Source of the DNA: an uncultured Gammaproteobacteria bacterium
GTDB taxonomy: Bacteria; Patescibacteriota; Patescibacteriia; UBA1558; GWA2-36-10
Length of the DNA: 51,705 nt
Assembly: GCA_964638415.1 (NCBI GenBank)
Contig: CAZWYP010000001.1
Location: 1 to 51,705 of the forward strand
Direction: 5' to 3'
The notes beneath the pieces are model-generated. The model ran no database searches. It saw only the letters and a program-made list of their open reading frames with translations, and was not told where the DNA came from. The position numbers and the translations under genes were made by a program. Shown here one piece after another: positions 49,386 to 51,705 of the stretch. Positions within the stretch are counted from its first letter, which is position 1; each line of letters opens with the position of its first letter.

Positions 49386-50030
49386 ATGGAAAATTCAGAA
49401 CTTGTCCGTTACTGGTTGGGTAGATATCGGCCGGGTGGAAACTTACTTGCCAGCGCTGAACTTATTTTGTCTTTCGGCCGAATAAATCATGCTGGCACCG
49501 TCGCTCATATGGAAAGAGTGGCCCTGTTAGCCAGGCGAGCAGCAGAGATTATTAATTCCGATGCCAAAGCGGCTTTTCTAGCTGCTCTCCTTCATGATCT
49601 CGGTAAATTTGTTCTGCCGGCAGATTTATTTGCCGAACAAAGCAATCCGCCAGCCAATCGTCATTTATCTCCAGAAGAATTTGAGCGCATCAAAACTCAC
49701 GCTCGAAATGGTTTTAAAATTCTCAAGGGTAAACACGAGTTCATCGCTCTCTGCGCCGGCTTGCATCACAACGTCACTTCTTGTGGCTATGGTATCGCTG
49801 ATGATGATTGGCCCCGCGAATGGCCTCATGCGCTACGGCAAAAAGTAATGACTGTTGCAACTTTCGTTGCTATCTGCGACTTTCTTGATGCTGCCTTGAC
49901 TAGAAACGGTTCTAATCTTGTTAACTGGGAGATGATCAAGGTTGCTCTAGAGCATAAGTTCGCTGATCAGAAAAAAATGGTGGCCGCGGCTATCCAGTCC
50001 GCCACAGAACAAAAAACCCTCTATGCTTAG
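49386..50030 (+). CDS. HD-domain protein, HD-GYP-like (degenerate)
   Basis: HMERVA, ALLHDLGK, IKTH...G, LHH..GYG, ICDFLDA motifs. Confidence 0.8.
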   Translation: MENSELVRYWLGRYRPGGNLLASAELILSFGRINHAGTVAHMERVALLARRAAEIINSDAKAAFLAALLHDLGKFVLPADLFAEQSNPPANRHLSPEEFERIKTHARNGFKILKGKHEFIALCAGLHHNVTSCGYGIADDDWPREWPHALRQKVMTVATFVAICDFLDAALTRNGSNLVNWEMIKVALEHKFADQKKMVAAAIQSATEQKTLYA

Positions 50031-50036
50031 GGGGTT

Positions 50037-50630
50037 TTATTTTATATATTTACTTAAAAAGCTACGGCGATGAATAGCTGACAAACCCAGATCTCTTATC
50101 TTAGCTAAATGAATTTTGGTGCCATATCCTTTATGGACATCAAAATCATAACCGGGAAACTCTTCAGATAAAACTCTCATTAAGTTATCTCTATAGACCT
50201 TGGCCATAATGGAGGCAGCGGCAATTTGCGGCCATAAGCTTTCTCCATTTTTGTAAAAACTAATATTCTTCCGCTGAATATACTTTCTATGAGCACCAAT
50301 GTAATCACAAGAAATAATTAAATTTTCCACAGCAGTTCTTTCTAAGATTTTGTCTAGAGCCTGTTCAATGACCAAACAGTTTATTGGCTGAATGCCTAAA
50401 GCATCAATAGCGGAATTATCAATAACATCAACTGACCAGATAAAATTATGATCAATTAACTCAAAGAGTTGCTCTCTTTTTTTTGGTGAAAGTTTTTTGG
50501 AATCTTTAACCTGAGATAATATTTCCTGCTCGTGATCAAAACCTTGGGATAATACCGCGGCAGCAACAATCGGACCAGCTAAAGCTCCCCGACCAGCTTC
50601 GTCTAAGCCAATAATTGTTTGCTTATTCAT
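50037..50630 (-). CDS. rnhB: Ribonuclease HII
   Basis: GLDEAGRG.LAGP, DSKKL, IAAASIMAKV.RD, GYGT, HRRSF motifs. Confidence 0.96.
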   Translation of the reverse strand: MNKQTIIGLDEAGRGALAGPIVAAAVLSQGFDHEQEILSQVKDSKKLSPKKREQLFELIDHNFIWSVDVIDNSAIDALGIQPINCLVIEQALDKILERTAVENLIISCDYIGAHRKYIQRKNISFYKNGESLWPQIAAASIMAKVYRDNLMRVLSEEFPGYDFDVHKGYGTKIHLAKIRDLGLSAIHRRSFLSKYIK

Positions 50631-50740
50631 GTTTCCAGTATAAAACAAAGTTTAATTAAGATAAATACTCCATTTACCAAAAACTCTCTTTATGTTAGGG
50701 TAATAAAAAATGTACTCTACAATACTCTAAGGAGACAAGC

Positions 50741-51181
50741 ATGGAAATCAATAAGGTTCTGGTTGTCTGCTATGCCAACATCAATCGCAGTCCAGTTTTA
50801 GCTGCCTTCTTACGGGCTAAACTAAGTGAGCTTGGAGTTGATAACATCACAGTCGAAAGCGCTGCTCTATCTGAACAACACCTTGTCCGTCCTGCTAATC
50901 GTTTTGCTGTTCAAATTTTAGCTGAACGAGGAATTGACTTGTCTCAACATCGTAGTCGCTGGATTAACGATCTAGACTTGCGGGAATTTCAACTTATCGT
51001 CTGTATGGAAAATTACCAAAAGAGAGCCTTGCAAAAACTCCTAGAAGAAAGTTCTCCCGAAATTGTAGTCACCCACATAGATGATGACTATTGGGATGAA
51101 GAAACCACGCCAAAATATCTACACCAACTAGATAATTCGGCCAAATGGGTTATTGATACCTACATAAAACCGTCGATTTAA
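50741..51181 (+). CDS. Low-molecular-weight phosphatase/ArsC family
   Basis: P-loop VCYANINRSP (CX5R); ESAAL; GIDLSQHRS. Confidence 0.85.
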   Translation: MEINKVLVVCYANINRSPVLAAFLRAKLSELGVDNITVESAALSEQHLVRPANRFAVQILAERGIDLSQHRSRWINDLDLREFQLIVCMENYQKRALQKLLEESSPEIVVTHIDDDYWDEETTPKYLHQLDNSAKWVIDTYIKPSI

Positions 51182-51198
51182 TCGACGGTTTTACTTTT

Positions 51199-51705
51199 TT
51201 ATTTTCTAGCTTGCAATGCTTGATCTATTCTTTCTAAGGCTTTAATGAAGGCGCCTTGCCGCAAAGTCACTTGGTATTTTTCTGCTGCTTCTTTTACTCC
51301 CTGCCAGGCTGGAATCATTTTCTCTCTTAATTCTCTATCTACCTCCTCGGCTGTCCAATAATCATTGGATAAATTCTGCAGCCATTCAAAATAAGAAACC
51401 GTAACACCACCGGCATTAGCCAAAACATCGGGAATGAGCATAATATTTTTCTTGGCTAAAATTTCATCAGCTTCCGGCGTGGTTGGACCGTTGGCTAATT
51501 CTAAAACTATCTTGGCTTGAATACTGTTAGCAATCTCTGCCGTGATCTGATTTTCCAAAGCAGCGGGAATAATTACTTCCACTTGCAGAGCAAAGAATTC
51601 TTCTTTGCTAATGGTATTACTACCCGGAAAACCGGCTAAAGATTTATTCTCTTTTTTATATTCCTCTACTGCGGAAATATCCAAACCTTTAGCATTATAA
51701 ATAAT
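51199..51705 (-). CDS. gdhA: Glu/Leu/Phe/Val dehydrogenase, C-terminal part (runs off the window)
   Basis: IIPAALENQIT, LELANGPTT, IPDVLANAGGVTVSYFEW motifs. Confidence 0.92.
   Translation of the reverse strand: MIYNAKGLDISAVEEYKKENKSLAGFPGSNTISKEEFFALQVEVIIPAALENQITAEIANSIQAKIVLELANGPTTPEADEILAKKNIMLIPDVLANAGGVTVSYFEWLQNLSNDYWTAEEVDRELREKMIPAWQGVKEAAEKYQVTLRQGAFIKALERIDQALQARK

Overview
The window looks like core chromosome from a Patescibacteria (CPR, Parcubacteria-like) bacterium using the standard code 11. The taxonomy is inferred from the 16S variants, the unlinked rRNA genes and the CPR-type surface proteins. It holds a partial 23S rRNA (1-~2096, minus strand) and a complete 16S rRNA (~24087-25572, minus strand), about 22 kb apart, each with its own promoter. 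There are seven tRNAs: Ile, Phe, Pro, Gly(TCC), Gly(CCC), Val and Leu. Housekeeping blocks include DsbA-DsbA-VKOR-TrxB-CcdA; split transketolase plus PGI/PMI; epimerase/GT4/HD; rpsP-khpA-trmD; smc; rpmF-nusB/Nudix-rnc; vanW-like and hsp20; ssb; rnhB; and partial gdh. Small self-contained accessory cassettes are interspersed among them. Best leads: (1) a minimal graspetide (ATP-grasp RiPP) operon whose 55-aa precursor is missing from the ORF track; (2) accessory cassettes bounded by 25-29 bp direct repeats of tRNA terminators or promoters, with no integrase in the window; (3) an orphan ~230-nt structured RNA with its own promoter and terminator; (4) a candidate sRNA complementary to the start codon of a nearby surface-protein gene; (5) an HTH-LAGLIDADG-like ORF inside a tRNA operon, next to a tRNA-Gly with a compensated A19-U56 elbow; (6) a NusB-Nudix fusion and an SMC without a recognisable hinge. 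All calls were made by eye and no databases were searched.
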